Source: Eledone cirrhosa (taxonomy: Eukaryota). From it: a stretch of DNA of 64,000 bases. The stretch spans positions 28,024,001 to 28,088,000 of the forward strand of contig OZ024759.1 in assembly GCA_964016885.1 (NCBI GenBank). Reading direction: 5' to 3'. The stretch's first letter is position 1. The number at the start of each line of letters is the position of its first letter. Made by a program: the position numbers and the translations under genes. Below the pieces are notes generated by a model, which did no database searches, was not told the DNA's origin, and saw only the letters and a program-made list of their open reading frames with translations. Positions 42,472 through 58,614 of the stretch are shown here, piece by piece.

Positions 42472-42845
42472 GCTAATAATAGTAAAAACGACGAAGTGTT
42501 AGATCTTCATTACATTTATTGAGGTGTGACGCGCGTTCGCGATTGATCAGCTCAAAGGTCGATCTGTATCGATCTGGCCTGACTCTGGAATCAAAAGCTT
42601 GTCGAACTTCTATTATGGTAATGGCAATCCCTATAGTGTATATATACATATATATAAAAGAAGTTGCCAGCGGGTGCTATATATATATATATATATATAA
42701 AGCACCCGGTGGCAACTTCCTTTTCCGTTTTTACGGGTATTCACCCTATTGTATAAAGTAATTTATAGCATCTCCGAGCAAGGGCACACCATTTTTTTAT
42801 ACACACTCACACACAGGCATATACGCACACATACAGAGGCAGACA

Positions 42846-42919
<74 letters not shown>

Positions 42920-43149
42920 ATATTATATATATATATATTATATATATATATATTATATATATATATATATTATATATATATATATTATATATATATATAT
43001 TATATATATATATATTATATATATATATATATTATATATATATATATATTATATATATATATTATATATATATATATATATTATATATATATATAATATA
43101 TTATATATATATATATATATATAATATATTATATATATATATATATATA

Positions 43150-43189
<40 letters not shown>

Positions 43190-43741
43190 TTTATATATAT
43201 ATATATATTACTTTAGAGCATTTCCTAGATAAGATTCTAACTTCTGATATCTAAATGGTTCGCACAGTTGTCGAGATTAGAAACTTTGATAACAACTTTT
43301 ACAAGTTTTGCTTTTTACTTCTTTTGTATTTCGTGTTTCTAAATCATAAACCAGTTTTCAAATAATTTCTTTCCTCCACCCGAAAGAGCAACAAAAAAAA
43401 AAAAATCAAAAAACAGAAACGAACGTAAATCAATGAAAAATAAGAATAGTTTTTTATATTAACGATCTAGTCCCACCCATTTTGACTTCCGGTAAAACTT
43501 TTGTATGTTATTTTTTTTTATCTTTCAAACATAACTGAAGATAATAAACATTGTAAAATTATCTAGTTTTTTTTCCTTTATTTAGATCTTTTTGTTTTAT
43601 TTCTGACAAAAATGATTTATAATGGCAGACATTAACCCCCTTGCCACCAAATGTCAAATAAAAAAACATTGTCTATATGTTTCAATTAAGTTTGAATTTA
43701 ACTAAGAATGCAAAGGAATCTAGTTGAATAATTATATTTCT

Positions 43742-44410
43742 CATTATTAAAAGATGGCGTTTGGGTTGGTTGGTAGACTGACACACTCGTTTGAACGACG
43801 AGTAAATACCTAGCAGTATTTGATGTGTTTCTTTATGTTGTGAGTTCAAATCCCGTCATGGTTAACTTTGCCTTTCATCCTCCTTACCGGGTCGATAAAA
43901 TAAAGTACCAGTAACGTACTGTGGTCGATTTAATTGAATTTCCCCTCCCCCAAATTACTGGCCTTGTGCCTATACTAGAAATCATTATTAAAAGATGGCG
44001 TTTGGGTTGGTTGGTAGACTGACACACTCGTTTGAACGACGAGTAAATACCAAGCAGTATTTGATGTGTTTCTTTATGTTGTGATTTGAAATCCCGCCGA
44101 GGTTAACTTTGCCTTTCATCCTTACGGGGTCGATAAAATAAAGTACCAGCAACGTACTCGGGTTAATTTAATCGATTTAATCTCCCCCTAAAAAATTGTT
44201 GGCCTTGTGCCTAAATCAGAATCGGTAGAGCGTCGGACAACGTGCTTTACATCATATAGTTATGGCTATTTATGTTCTGAGTTCAAATGCCGCCGAGATT
44301 AGCTTTGCCTTTCATCCTTTCGGGATCGATAGAAAGATTTAATCGACCTTGCCTTCTCCCAAATTGTTGGCCTTGAACCTAACTCAGAAACCATTATTAA
44401 AAGATGGCAC
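43742..44410 (+). mobile_element. Tandem family-1 SINEs with duplicated ~240-bp unit
   Basis: CATTATTAAAAGATGGC occurs at about 43742, 43983 and 44392. Confidence 0.85.
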
Positions 44411-44819
44411 TTGGAACGCAGTCTTGTTTTAGATATTTGTAAACAATGTAGTCGCCATTTGTCCATATTTCGAAACAAACTCCCACCGCCAACACCACCA
44501 TGTCCAGATAAGTCTACAAATGGCAATCTGTTGTTTTAGTTATTTCGTAAAATTCTTTGATTTGATTTAAAACATTTTAAGATCTGCAGGAAAAAGTAAA
44601 ATAAAAAAAAATAACAACAAAAACGTGTTTATTACAAAAGTCAAAAGAATTGAAAACTAAAAATACCTCCCCCCCATAACAAAAACAACAACAACAACCA
44701 TAGATAAATGCACCCCTCCACATACTACACTACACCCCACATTTACACTCTCCCCCACACACAAAAATACCGTTCACCACATTTACATTCTACTCTACAC
44801 AACAACACTACACACCTCA

Positions 44820-46680
44820 TTTACAAAACTACACATCACACAACAACACTACACGCCACAGTAACCCTCTCTTTCACACAACAACACTACATACGTCAGT
44901 AACACCATAGACCACACAACAAAACTACACATCACACAACAACACTACACGTCACACAACAACACTACACGTCACACAACAACACTACACGCCACAGTAA
45001 CCCTCTCTTCCAGACAACAACACTACATACGTCAGTAACACCATAGACCACACAACAAAACTACACATCACACAACAAAACTACACATCACACAACAACA
45101 CTACACGTCACACAACAACACTACACGTCACACAACAACACTACACGCCACAGTAACCCTCTCTTCCAGACAACAACACTACATACGTCAGTAACATCAT
45201 AGACCACACAACAAAACTACACATCACACAACACTACACGTCACACAACAACACTACACGCCACAGTAACCCTCTCTTCCACACAACAACACTACATACG
45301 TCAATAACACCATAGAACACACAGCAACACTACACATCACACAACAACACTACACGTCACACAACAACACTACACGCCACAGTAACCCTCTCTTCCAGAC
45401 AACAACACTACATACGTCAGTAACATCATAGACCACACAACAAAACTACACATCACACAACACTACACGTCACACAACAACACTACACGCCACAGTAACC
45501 CTCTCTTCCACACAACAACACTACATACGTCAATAACACCATAAACCACACAACGAAACTACACATCACACATCAACACTACACATCATACAACAACACT
45601 ACACATCATACAACAACACTACACATCATACAACAACACTACACATCACACATCAACACTACACATCATACAACAACACTACACATCATACAACAACACT
45701 ACACATCATACAACAACACTACACATCATACAACAACACTACACATCATACAACAACACTACACATCATACAACAACACTACACATCATACAACAACACT
45801 ACACACCACACAACAACACTACACATCATACAACAACACTACACACCACACAACAACACTACACACCACACAACAACACTACACATCATACAACAACACT
45901 ACACATCATACAACAACACTACACATCACACAACAACACTACACATCATACAACAACACTACACATCATACAACAACACTACACATCATACAACAACACT
46001 ACACATCATACAACAACACTACACATCATACAACAACACTACACATCATACAACAACACTACACATCACACAACAACACTACACATCATACAACAACACT
46101 ACACACCACACAACAACACTACACATCATACAACAACACTACACATCATACAACAACACTACACATCATACAACAACACTACACATCATACAACAACACT
46201 ACACACCACACAACAACACTACACACCACACAACAACACTACACACCACACAACAACACTACACACCACACAACAACACTACACACCACACAACAACACT
46301 ACACATCATACAACAACACTACACACCACACAACAACACTACACACCACACAACAACACTACACACCACACAACAACACTACACACCACACAACAACACT
46401 ACACATCATACAACAACACTACACACCACACAACAACACTACACACCACACAACAACACTACACACCACACAACAACACTACACACCACACAACAACACT
46501 ACACATCATACAACAACACTACACACCACACAACAACACTACACACCACACAACAACACTACACACCACACAACAACACTACACACCATACAACAACACT
46601 ACACACCACACAACAACACTACAGACCACACAACAACACTACACACCACACAACAACACTACACACCACACAACAACACT
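44820..46680. repeat. 20-bp minisatellite (CAACAACACTACACATCATA / ..ACCACA) with higher-order left part
   Basis: Exact 20-bp phase from about 45560 to 46680; the left part intersperses a GCCACAGTAACCCTCTCTTCC block. Confidence 0.97.
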
Positions 46681-47268
46681 TATCTCTGCACAAAAACGAT
46701 ATTGAAACTAGAATTACTAATATAGAATATATAAAATTACAAAGAACAGGAAGTCGGTAATAATACAGAGTAATTATAGCAATATATGATTCAACAACAC
46801 ATTTTCAACTATATATATATACACGTGTGTGTATATATATGTATATATATATATGTGTGTGTGTGTCTATATAAGTGTGTGTATGTTATATATATGTACG
46901 TGTGCGAATAAATATATGTATACACATATATATGAATATATGTTTGTATATATGTGCATATATATATATATGTGTGTATGAATATATATATAATATAAAT
47001 ATATGTTATAGTCACTTAAATTGCATGTCTACCTCGAAATATCTTTATATCTAGGTGTGTTTATACAGACTCAGAAAAAACAAATCTATACACATTCACA
47101 CGCATATATATATATATATTGGAAAGAGATTATTACCAGTAAGTAAAATATAAATCAAGATTAGACATGATATTCTCCCTTACAAAAGAGAAACTAATAA
47201 ACTATTGAAAGTAAAAACACCAATAATATATATGTTTATATATATATATATGCATATATATATATATA

Positions 47269-47316
<48 letters not shown>

Positions 47317-47669
47317 TATATATCTATATATGTAAATATATAGCTATATAGATATATATTTGTATATGTATATATGCATTTATATGTGCATCTGTATAGA
47401 CATATATATGCATATATATATATATGTGTGTGCATATATATATATATATATATACACACTGATACACACACTTATATATTTATATATATGCATATGTAAT
47501 GTTTATGTTGTGTGTATTTGTATTCATGAAAATACAAACAAATGGGTTTGTTTTTCTAAACGATGCCATAAAATTACAATCAAATGAGAAAATGTTATTT
47601 TTGAGACAAAACGGAAGTTTTGAACAGAAAACAAGAAATATATCAAATGACAATACATAATGCTATACA

Positions 47670-47708
47670 GTGAGTATATATATGTATATATTTATATATA
47701 TACTCTGC

Positions 47709-47794
<86 letters not shown>

Positions 47795-47846
47795 GTATAT
47801 ATATATAGAGAGATACATATATATATGTATATATATATACAGATAC

Positions 47847-47909
<63 letters not shown>

Positions 47910-48005
47910 CAGATACATATATATAAGTATATATATATGTATATATATATATACATATATATAAGTATATATATATGTATATATATACATATATATAAGT
48001 ATATA

Positions 48006-48063
<58 letters not shown>

Positions 48064-48104
48064 CAGATACATATATATATGTATATATATATATATACAG
48101 ATAC

Positions 48105-48168
<64 letters not shown>

Positions 48169-48193
48169 CTATATATATATGTATATATATATG

Positions 48194-48248
<55 letters not shown>

Positions 48249-48351
48249 GTATATATATATATATGTATATATATTGATATTTATATATATATGTATATAT
48301 ATAGATATTTATATATATATATGTATATATATAGATACATATATATATATT

Positions 48352-48385
<34 letters not shown>

Positions 48386-48436
48386 TAGATACATATATAT
48401 ATATATATGTATCTATATATATATATATACAGATAC

Positions 48437-48497
<61 letters not shown>

Positions 48498-48500
48498 TAC

Positions 48501-48535
<35 letters not shown>

Positions 48536-48538
48536 TAC

Positions 48539-48617
<79 letters not shown>

Positions 48618-48620
48618 TAC

Positions 48621-48655
<35 letters not shown>

Positions 48656-48663
48656 TACATATA

Positions 48664-48701
<38 letters not shown>

Positions 48702-48736
48702 TACATATATATGTATATATATATATACATACAGAT

Positions 48737-48791
<55 letters not shown>

Positions 48792-48905
48792 TACATATAT
48801 ATATATATTGTATATATACAGATACATATATAGATATATTGTATATATACAGATACATATATATATATATATATATATATGCAGATACATATATATATGT
48901 ATATA
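47670..48905. repeat. Long interrupted (TA)n tract with CAGATAC punctuations
   Basis: Directly visible. Confidence 0.95.
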
Positions 48906-49202
48906 GACAAACAAAACAGACACACATACACACTAATATATCAATTGAGAATATATTATATATATAGAGACATATAAGTGTATCATTAGACAGGCATATA
49001 CACACATTATTTATTATAATAGAGGACGATTAAACGATAATATATATATATATATGTGTGTGTATAAAGTATACATACGTATGAAACAACAACACAGCAG
49101 GATGAAGAAATATATTAGTCTTACTATACAAGCGTTAAACTAATATATTCCTTCCATTTACTGTACCATTTGTGTTGTTATTTCTGTGTACCTTTTACAC
49201 AC

Positions 49203-49245
<43 letters not shown>

Positions 49246-49322
49246 CATATATATATTTATGCATATATGTATATAAATATATATGTGTGTGAATATATAT
49301 ATATACACGTAAATATATATAT

Positions 49323-49375
<53 letters not shown>

Positions 49376-49395
49376 TATCACACACACGCACACAT

Positions 49396-49449
<54 letters not shown>

Positions 49450-49519
49450 GGTAAAAAAGTAACTGGGAGATTTGTAAAAAAGTAACAAGCGAAATTTGTT
49501 GAGCACGAATTTAATATAC

Positions 49520-49616
49520 AGAATTAGTTCCACAACAAATTAGCAAACCATAATTGTGAAAACGTGTTTCACTCGAAAGATTCTTCAACTCGTCTATGCT
49601 AAACTGTTGTGGAACT

Positions 49617-49622
<6 letters not shown>
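49520..49622 (-). ncRNA. Decayed hammerhead within a long stem I
   Basis: Minus: AGAAUUAGUUCCACAACA..gag-UUGAAGA-AUCU(uucg)AGU-GAAAC-AC-GUU-uuc..UGUUGUGGAACUAAUUCU; C3 is mutated to U. Confidence 0.45.
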
Positions 49623-49703
<81 letters not shown>

Positions 49704-49707
<4 letters not shown>

Positions 49708-50350
49708 TTATTAAAATAACAGATTAAAGTTTAAGCAAAGAATCGCTGCTTTCACCCTTAACGGGATCTTCTGAAACTAGAAAAGTCAATCTGTGAACGC
49801 AGAAGTGCATATTTCAAAAAACGTTGCAACCGAAGGAAGACAGGAAGATGATACTTTGATTCGTGTAAACGTTCCCTGGCAAAGAACCGAAAAAAAAAAA
49901 AAGAAGATAATACGTCATTATTTGGAGCGGTGAAAACAATTACGCGCAAAGACAAAACCACGTTACGGTACTAATATTCTATCTAGGAAACCGAATGATT
50001 CTTGGCTTCAGAGTTAAGAATAAAGTAAGTAAAATACAGAGGTAATCGAAATTAAATATATACATACACGCATCCATATACGTACATACACAAGCATGCG
50101 CGAAAACACTCGCCATGGGTATACAAATACAAGCTTGTACACAAAAAGAAAAAACCAAAAAACCCGCACGCCATACACAACCCACGCAACGCCTGTACAT
50201 GCACCTACCTGCACCTGTCTTCCTTCGGTTGCACCGTGTTTTGAAATATTCACTTCTGCGTTCACAGATTGAATTAGTTTCAGAAGATCCCGTTAAGGGT
50301 GAAAGCAGCGATTCTTTGCTTAAACTTTAATCTGTTATTTTAATAAATAT
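49704..50350. mobile_element. Element with ~140-bp inverted arms (PLE-like inverted pLTR or MITE)
   Basis: 49704-49844 is the reverse complement of 50214-50350 with few mismatches; arms hold CAGAAGA-TCCC(gttaa)GGGT-GAAAGC, a hammerhead-like word with a non-canonical core. Confidence 0.7.
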
Positions 50351-50555
50351 TTGCTCTACGGTTCTTATATATTTGATAAATATTTATCCTTATCGAGCCC
50401 TCTTTGGATTTTAGTCTTCAAATTTATTATTACTATATATATGTATATATATGTATATATGTATGTATGTAAAAGGTAAACAGAAATAACAACAGAATTG
50501 GTACAGTATATGGTAGGGATATATTATGTTAACGCTTGATATAGCAGGAAGAGGG

Positions 50556-50591
50556 TCTTAACGTTTCGGACGCTCGTCCTTCATCAGAAGA
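50556..50591 (-). ncRNA. Minimal 36-nt Type I hammerhead ribozyme motif, family C
   Basis: UCUU-CUGAUGA-A-GGAC(gagc)GUCC-GAAA-CG-UU-AAGA; stems I and II perfect, stem III is the palindrome AACGUU. Flank 50471-50555 is homologous to 11006-11090 and to a decayed copy at about 8260-8330. Confidence 0.8.
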
Positions 50592-50673
50592 TAGATTGAG
50601 GGGACGGGCGGGATGGAAATGGTAAAAATGTCTTTAGATACAAATAACAAGTCTATTCATGTTTACATCTCTT

Positions 50674-50723
<50 letters not shown>

Positions 50724-50917
50724 AATGTGAATTGGCCAAAACGTTGAAGTTTCAGATACACCGCTTTACGGGATGTGTTCCGAGTTCAAATCTCGTTGAG
50801 GCCAGTTTAGACTTTCATCCTTTCCATGGCAACACAGTACCAGCCAAGATTTGGCCCCGTAAGGACGAAAAGCAAAGCTACCTTCGGCGGGGTTTGAACT
50901 AAGAACGCAAAGGGAGG

Positions 50918-50954
<37 letters not shown>

Positions 50955-51045
50955 ACTAGAAATTGATTGACATATATATATATATGTATATAAAATAAAC
51001 ATATGAAACAATCATAGGGAAAGGAGATTATATATATATATATAA

Positions 51046-51170
<125 letters not shown>

Positions 51171-51181
51171 AATAAATATAT

Positions 51182-51286
<105 letters not shown>

Positions 51287-51414
51287 AATCAATTTCTAGT
51301 TGATATAAATACCCGGATCTATTCATTGGAATCTTTAAGCATATTCTACAGTGGATATGGCGCATATCTCTCAGACACATGACACCCTTTATTTAATTTT
51401 GGATATATATATAT

Positions 51415-51646
51415 AGTGGTAGAACACTGGAAGGTAATATCCGTAGTGGTAGAGCACTCAATCCATGGGACGAGTTAGGTAGAAGTGGTTACACAACAGT
51501 TAGTTCACCATACCGAGAACAATTGTTTCACCTTAGCGGATCCTTGTATGGTGAACTAATTGTTGTGTAACCACTTCTACCTAACTCATCCCATGGTCAG
51601 TCCATGCTCTACCACTACAGATATTACCTTCCAGTGTTCTACCATT
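51415..51646. repeat. ~230-bp hairpin (~100-bp arms, 32-nt loop) flanked by (TA)n
   Basis: 51415-51513 pairs with 51546-51646; the loop on the minus strand contains GAAAC-AATT-GTT. Confidence 0.85.
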
Positions 51647-51667
51647 ATATATATATATATATATATA

Positions 51668-51780
51668 TAATTGTTTTTACTTTTGGCACAAGGCCAGCAC
51701 ATACCCAGTTCATTACTGGTACTTTATTTTATCGACCTCGTAAGGATGAAAGACAAAGTTAACCTCGGCGGGATTTGAAT
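51668..51780 (-). mobile_element. SINE family 1, partial
   Basis: Core sequence match. Confidence 0.8.
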
Positions 51781-52319
51781 GTGTGTGTGTTATTGAGTGT
51801 GTGTGTGTGTGTTAGTGTGGGTGTATGTGCTATTGTATTCGTGTGTGTGTGAGGGAGTGTGGTAGTGTGTATGTGGTGGTGTGGTAGAGTAAATACATAT
51901 ATTTAACAGTGTGTGTGTGTGTGTGTATAGTAGTAATGTGTTTGGTGATGTGCTGATGTGGTGGTGTGGTGGTGTGCTATAGTATATATATATATATTTA
52001 ACAGTATATATGTGTAGTAGTAGTAGTAGTAGTATATGTGGTAGTGTGGTGGTGAGGTGGTGTGGTGGGGGTCACAGTAAGATGAAGTATGTCTTGAATA
52101 AAGATGTGTTTATTCACTGGAGTTGGTGTCATGGAAGTTTGTAGGTTTTTATTCGAATGGTGAACGCTGGAAAGATTTGTATGTTTGACAAGATAAAGTG
52201 TTGCCGGGGGGACGGGACGGTGGGGTGGAGAGATCTCTAAGAGTTAGGTTTGAATGGAATATTTGCCAAAATGTTTTCATACACACTGCCTCCCCGCGCC
52301 ACGCATGTATATATAATAC

Positions 52320-52351
<32 letters not shown>

Positions 52352-52366
52352 CTGTGTACATTTATA

Positions 52367-52427
<61 letters not shown>

Positions 52428-52652
52428 GTATATATCTGTATATATATATATATATGTGTATATGTGTATGTGTATATATATATATATGTGTGTATGTGTA
52501 TATATATGTGTATGTGTATATATATATATATATGTGTGTATGTGTATATATATATATATGTGTATATATACATGTATATGATTATATATGTTACCTCTTA
52601 CATACATATGTATATATCTATATGTGTATATGTATATATATACATATATACG

Positions 52653-52747
<95 letters not shown>

Positions 52748-53105
52748 GAAGTAGAAAAGTGAACGTCCGAAAACAGTGAGAAGCTACAAAAGAGATGGTT
52801 ATAACATGGCAATAATTGTCACAGGTAATAGGATTAACAATTTTATGATTTCCATCGGAGACTTTCATTTCATCACGTGTTGTCTGTGATTTCTTCCACC
52901 GCATAAGTTACAACGGAAATGACGTCATAAATGTCAGGTCTATAAAGTAATGACGTAATAACTGTCATGTGAATACCAAGTAACAAAATAATCCAAGTGA
53001 ATTTTAGAATGACAGCTACAGCTGTTGTTTCTGGCATTTCTAAGGTTACTACACTAGATAAGCGGAGTGTTAGTGATGGACTAGGTCGTATGTGTACGTT
53101 TTCCT

Positions 53106-53661
<556 letters not shown>

Positions 53662-53702
53662 CATAATATATAAGAACAAAAGATGGTTAAAAGAGTTCCA
53701 TG

Positions 53703-53773
53703 TATTTTATTATGCGCATTTCAAAAACAAATATCATCATGCAATAATATTTGTGTTTTCATCAGATAAAACA
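53703..53773 (-). ncRNA. Type I hammerhead ribozyme motif, family D
   Basis: UGUUUUAU-CUGAUGA-AAACACAAAUAUUAU(ugcaug)AUGAUAUUUGUUUUU-GAAA-UGCGCA-UA-AUAAAAUA; 8-bp stem I, long stem II, palindromic AUGCGCAU stem III, AUA site. Confidence 0.8.
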
Positions 53774-54210
53774 TGAAGACATGATATGAAGGTTAAAAAA
53801 CACTTGTGGATAGTTCAGTTTTAAATCAACATATGAGAAGTAGTTTTAGATTGATGTGTGATATTGGGAAAAATATTTTATTTAGAGGGGGTAGGTGGGG
53901 GGTGGAAAGGAGGAAAAAAAGGAGGAGATGAGAGTGAAGGTGGAGAGGGAGGAGTATAATGAGCAAGGATGAGATAGGAGAGATGGGTGATAGAGAGAGA
54001 GAGAGATAGCTTTTATAACTGAGAAAGATATATTGTTTTACATAGATTGAAATGCGCATAATAAAATACATGGAACTCTTTTAACCATCTTTTGTTCTTA
54101 TATATTATGTATACTCCAGTCATACAAACTGTAGAGTGCTTCTTATCCGATATCTGCATTGCTTTATTGTACTACAATAAAACTCACCTCCTACATATAT
54201 ATATACATAT

Positions 54211-54243
<33 letters not shown>

Positions 54244-54386
54244 AATGTGTGTGTTTATATATATATATCTATATATATATATTTGTGTGAGTCGTGGGTA
54301 TCATCGGGGTTAACCATAGAAAGTAAGGTACACAATACTTAGGAGAGCCCCTGAGGCTATTCCTATATTAAATCTCGTATATATAC

Positions 54387-54866
<480 letters not shown>

Positions 54867-55267
54867 ATGTATATAATGTGTGTGTGTGTGTGTATGTATA
54901 TAATGTGTGTGTACGCTTGTGTCCATGTCTGCGTTCATGTTCAACAACAAAAAATAAATAAGTACCTGAAATAAAGAATCGCTGGCGGTCGGTATGTGTG
55001 GTGCTCCAGCATGACCACTGTCTAATGAGTGAAACCACTAAAATCGCTGGAAAAGAATGGAGAATAACTGAGCAAAGTATTAAAGGAAATATATGATAAA
55101 TAAATATGTAAAGACAATAAAATATTGAAGAGAAGTTAATTCTATTTAAATTTCAATATACTAATGTAATAAGATAATGTTTGATAGCAATTGTGTTTAT
55201 TGTTGAGAAGCGGCCAGTAGACGTCTTTCTGACAATAATGCGTGTCTTTTACAATGATACACACATC

Positions 55268-55310
<43 letters not shown>

Positions 55311-55578
55311 GCAGATACAAACATACATGCTTACATACATAAGTACATGCTTACATGCATGTATAAATAAATACATATATATAGAGATATGAATATATTT
55401 ATATATATATATATATATAAATACTTACCTGCACACGCACATAAATAGGTACACATATATACATATAAACATATATATATATACACATATATATACACCT
55501 TTGTGTTTACCTACGCCCCTATATATATATTTATGTATACATGTATTTAATGTATTTATATATACACATATCCATATG

Positions 55579-55612
<34 letters not shown>

Positions 55613-55681
55613 ACTTCTATCTACCTATCTCTCTATCTAACTATCTATATTTGTTTCACTCCCTCCCTGTCTCTCTCTTAC

Positions 55682-55717
<36 letters not shown>

Positions 55718-56810
55718 GGGGTGTATATATACATATATATGTATATATACATATATGTATATATATATACATATATATATATATAATTTTCAAGATCTCT
55801 TAAGTGTTCTATATTCTCATTTCCGTCTAATTGAATTCTGGGGGAAGTTGGAACAAAAATTGAACTTGTGATAAAGTAATTGAGTTTAAGAAAGAACGGA
55901 CAACATTCTACATCTAATCAGTAAATTTCATGACAGAGAACTTCCTTTAGTCCGGCGGGAATTTCACCAATATGGCAGGTAATTTTCTAAAGAAATGATT
56001 GCATTAAATATATATATAAAAATATTTTACTTTGGTAGGGGAGTAAAGCCACTTAGAATGGAAAATAAATAATTAACTCATATATAAGGCGATTTACTTA
56101 TGTATGTATGTATGTATGTATGTATGTATGTATGTATGTATGTATGTATGTATGTATGTATGTATGTATGTATGTATGTATGTATGTATGTATGCATGCA
56201 TGCATGCATGCATATATAAATTAATAAAAGATCGGACGCCATATTCAGTTAGTTCAGGTATATTTAAAACTCCGTTATACATATTTCATTGAGGACTATC
56301 AGTTTAGATAGCTTGAGCTCTTCAGACGGCAAAACTTAAAATAAACATTGAAAGTTCCTAATAAACCTTTAAATTCGGAATAGGCTATACAGTAGGGTTT
56401 ATAACAAGCATTAACATATGTTTCATTGGCTAGTATGTGATGGGATACGTCTTAAAATCGCTATCTGCAATGATGTTGTGACACTCGATTTTAAATACTG
56501 CTTATACCAGTCAAATTATCAAAATACAAAAGGAAACATCTTGTATCAACCAACTCCGCACGTTAAAATCCTCCACAGTACAGACTACTCGTAACCTCAA
56601 CTTGGATTACCTTAAACGATACCTCATTTACTTCAATATATAAGCAAAGGGATATTTAATTTGTTGATATTCAACAAATATATGTATAAGCACTCGACAA
56701 GTTTTCTGGAGTAGAATATCAATGATATTAATAATATCATTGATATTATAGACGGAACTTGAACCGTTAAGATCTGATTCCTGGGTATGTCACTATTTAT
56801 AAAACAAACT

Positions 56811-56875
56811 TTGTATTTTATCTGATGAGAGCGTACCAAAGTTTTCGTACCCTTGAAATATATATAATAGAATAA
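56811..56875 (+). ncRNA. Hammerhead motif, family A copy 3
   Basis: uauuuuau-CUGAUGA(56822)-GAGCGUAC(loop)GUACCCUU-GAAA(56855)-UAUAUA-UAAUAGAAUA. Confidence 0.65.
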
Positions 56876-57405
56876 ATATGGTTTTATAAATATAGTTTCC
56901 ATTTATTAATATCATTGATATATATATATATTATACTGAGTTTGCCGTCAATAATTCTAATTTCACTGAAAACCCCCCAAAGATTTACAAAGTGAATGAT
57001 AACTGAATGGAAACCCTAATGCAGTGTTGTCTTTCTTTCTAGGAGCTTGGTTTATACGATATTTTTCACGTTGAAGAGACATTCTTAAAATCTCCAAATC
57101 TCCCTGTATTTTACGAACTGAAAATTTTGCTTATTTTCTCTTGGGATACAATTAAAAATGTTTTATAATTATTTGTGTAAAATAAATATTAGCTGAGAAG
57201 ACGAAATAATATATTAAAAGTCAACATGACAATATTAATAGATATGGCATTGATATATGGTTGGAAAGCTGGTTTTTTCCTCCTCTCCATTTGTTTTAAT
57301 TAATATTGCTCTTGTAGCTAGATAGATAATTAATTTCACAGCAAAATATCAATATAAAGATTGTGTGTATATATTTTTGTTTGCTTGTTTGTTTGTATCT
57401 GTATT

Positions 57406-57475
<70 letters not shown>

Positions 57476-57645
57476 CGTGTTTGTGTATGTGTGTGTCTGT
57501 GTAAGTATGAGTGAGTGTGTCTGCAACCATAATATTTTATCCATACAGTGGTTTCACACAGAGAATACTATCACCCAAATACAACAACCGACGACAGCGG
57601 ACAATGACGCCTCAACATGGCTACCAAATCAGCTCGAAATCTCTT

Positions 57646-57680
<35 letters not shown>

Positions 57681-57918
57681 TACACACTCTTTCTCTCTCT
57701 CTTCCTCAAACATACACACATATATACACAGTGTGTCCCCCCCCAAATGTATACACAGTTTGATTAACTGTACAGGCAATACTTATTAGAATGCACAGCC
57801 TTTCCCAAAAATAAAATGATCTACATAATTTAATTGTATGTAAACACCCCCCACCAAAAAAAACCCAGAATGTTTACATAATATAAACACACCCCCCCAA
57901 AAAATTTACATAATTTAG

Positions 57919-58020
57919 ATAATTGTTTCTACATTTGGCTCAAGGCCAACAATTACCAAGTATATTACTGGTACTTTATTTTATCGACCCCGTAAGGATG
58001 AAAGGCAAAGTTAATCTCGA
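57919..58020 (-). mobile_element. SINE family 1, partial
   Basis: Core sequence match. Confidence 0.8.
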
Positions 58021-58147
58021 CTGGAAATTATGCATATAAAACAGAATTTATTTTAATGCATTTTAAAAATATGTTTTGTATATACATATTTGGAACACCC
58101 TCTATATATCGATATATATATATATAGATTAGGAACGATCGACATTC

Positions 58148-58320
58148 GTCAAATCGGACCGAGGAAACAATGTTTCCATTGGTCTTTCCAATTGCTAATA
58201 CTATCTATCGGTCGCAACTCCAGGTAGAACGAGCAACGTGAAATAAAGTGTCTTGCTCAAGGACATAACGCATCGCCCGGTCCGGGAATGGAACTCACAA
58301 CCTCACGATTGCGAATCAGC
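58148..58320 (-). mobile_element. tRNA-derived SINE family 2
   Basis: Minus: tRNA-like head ..GTGAGTTCCATTCCCGGACC.. then TGTCCTTGAGCAAGACACTTTATTTCACGTTGCTC. Confidence 0.8.
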
Positions 58321-58323
58321 CTT

Positions 58324-58360
<37 letters not shown>

Positions 58361-58480
58361 ATATATACACACACAGACACGATTCTCGTTAATTTATATT
58401 TGTATAATATATAATATATATATATATATATATATAATATATCAAAATAAAGATCCGAAGGCATGGTATAAATTTCCAAT

Positions 58481-58553
58481 CATTTTAATCACGACACATG
58501 TTTCAATAAGAGATAGATCGATCGATTATCACTGATCTCGTCAGGTGAAAATG
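58481..58553 (-). ncRNA. Type I hammerhead ribozyme motif with canonical GUC site, family E
   Basis: CAUUUUCAC-CUGACGA-[GAU..AUCGAUCGAU..AUU imperfect stem II]-GAAAC-AUGU-GUC-GUGA(uua)AAAUG; stem I is 4 bp, a 3-nt bulge, then 5 bp. Confidence 0.75.
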
Positions 58554-58614
58554 AATTGTCTTCAAATCCTTGATATGAGGGAGAAAATTTAACGATGTTC
58601 ACTCACTAGAGTTT

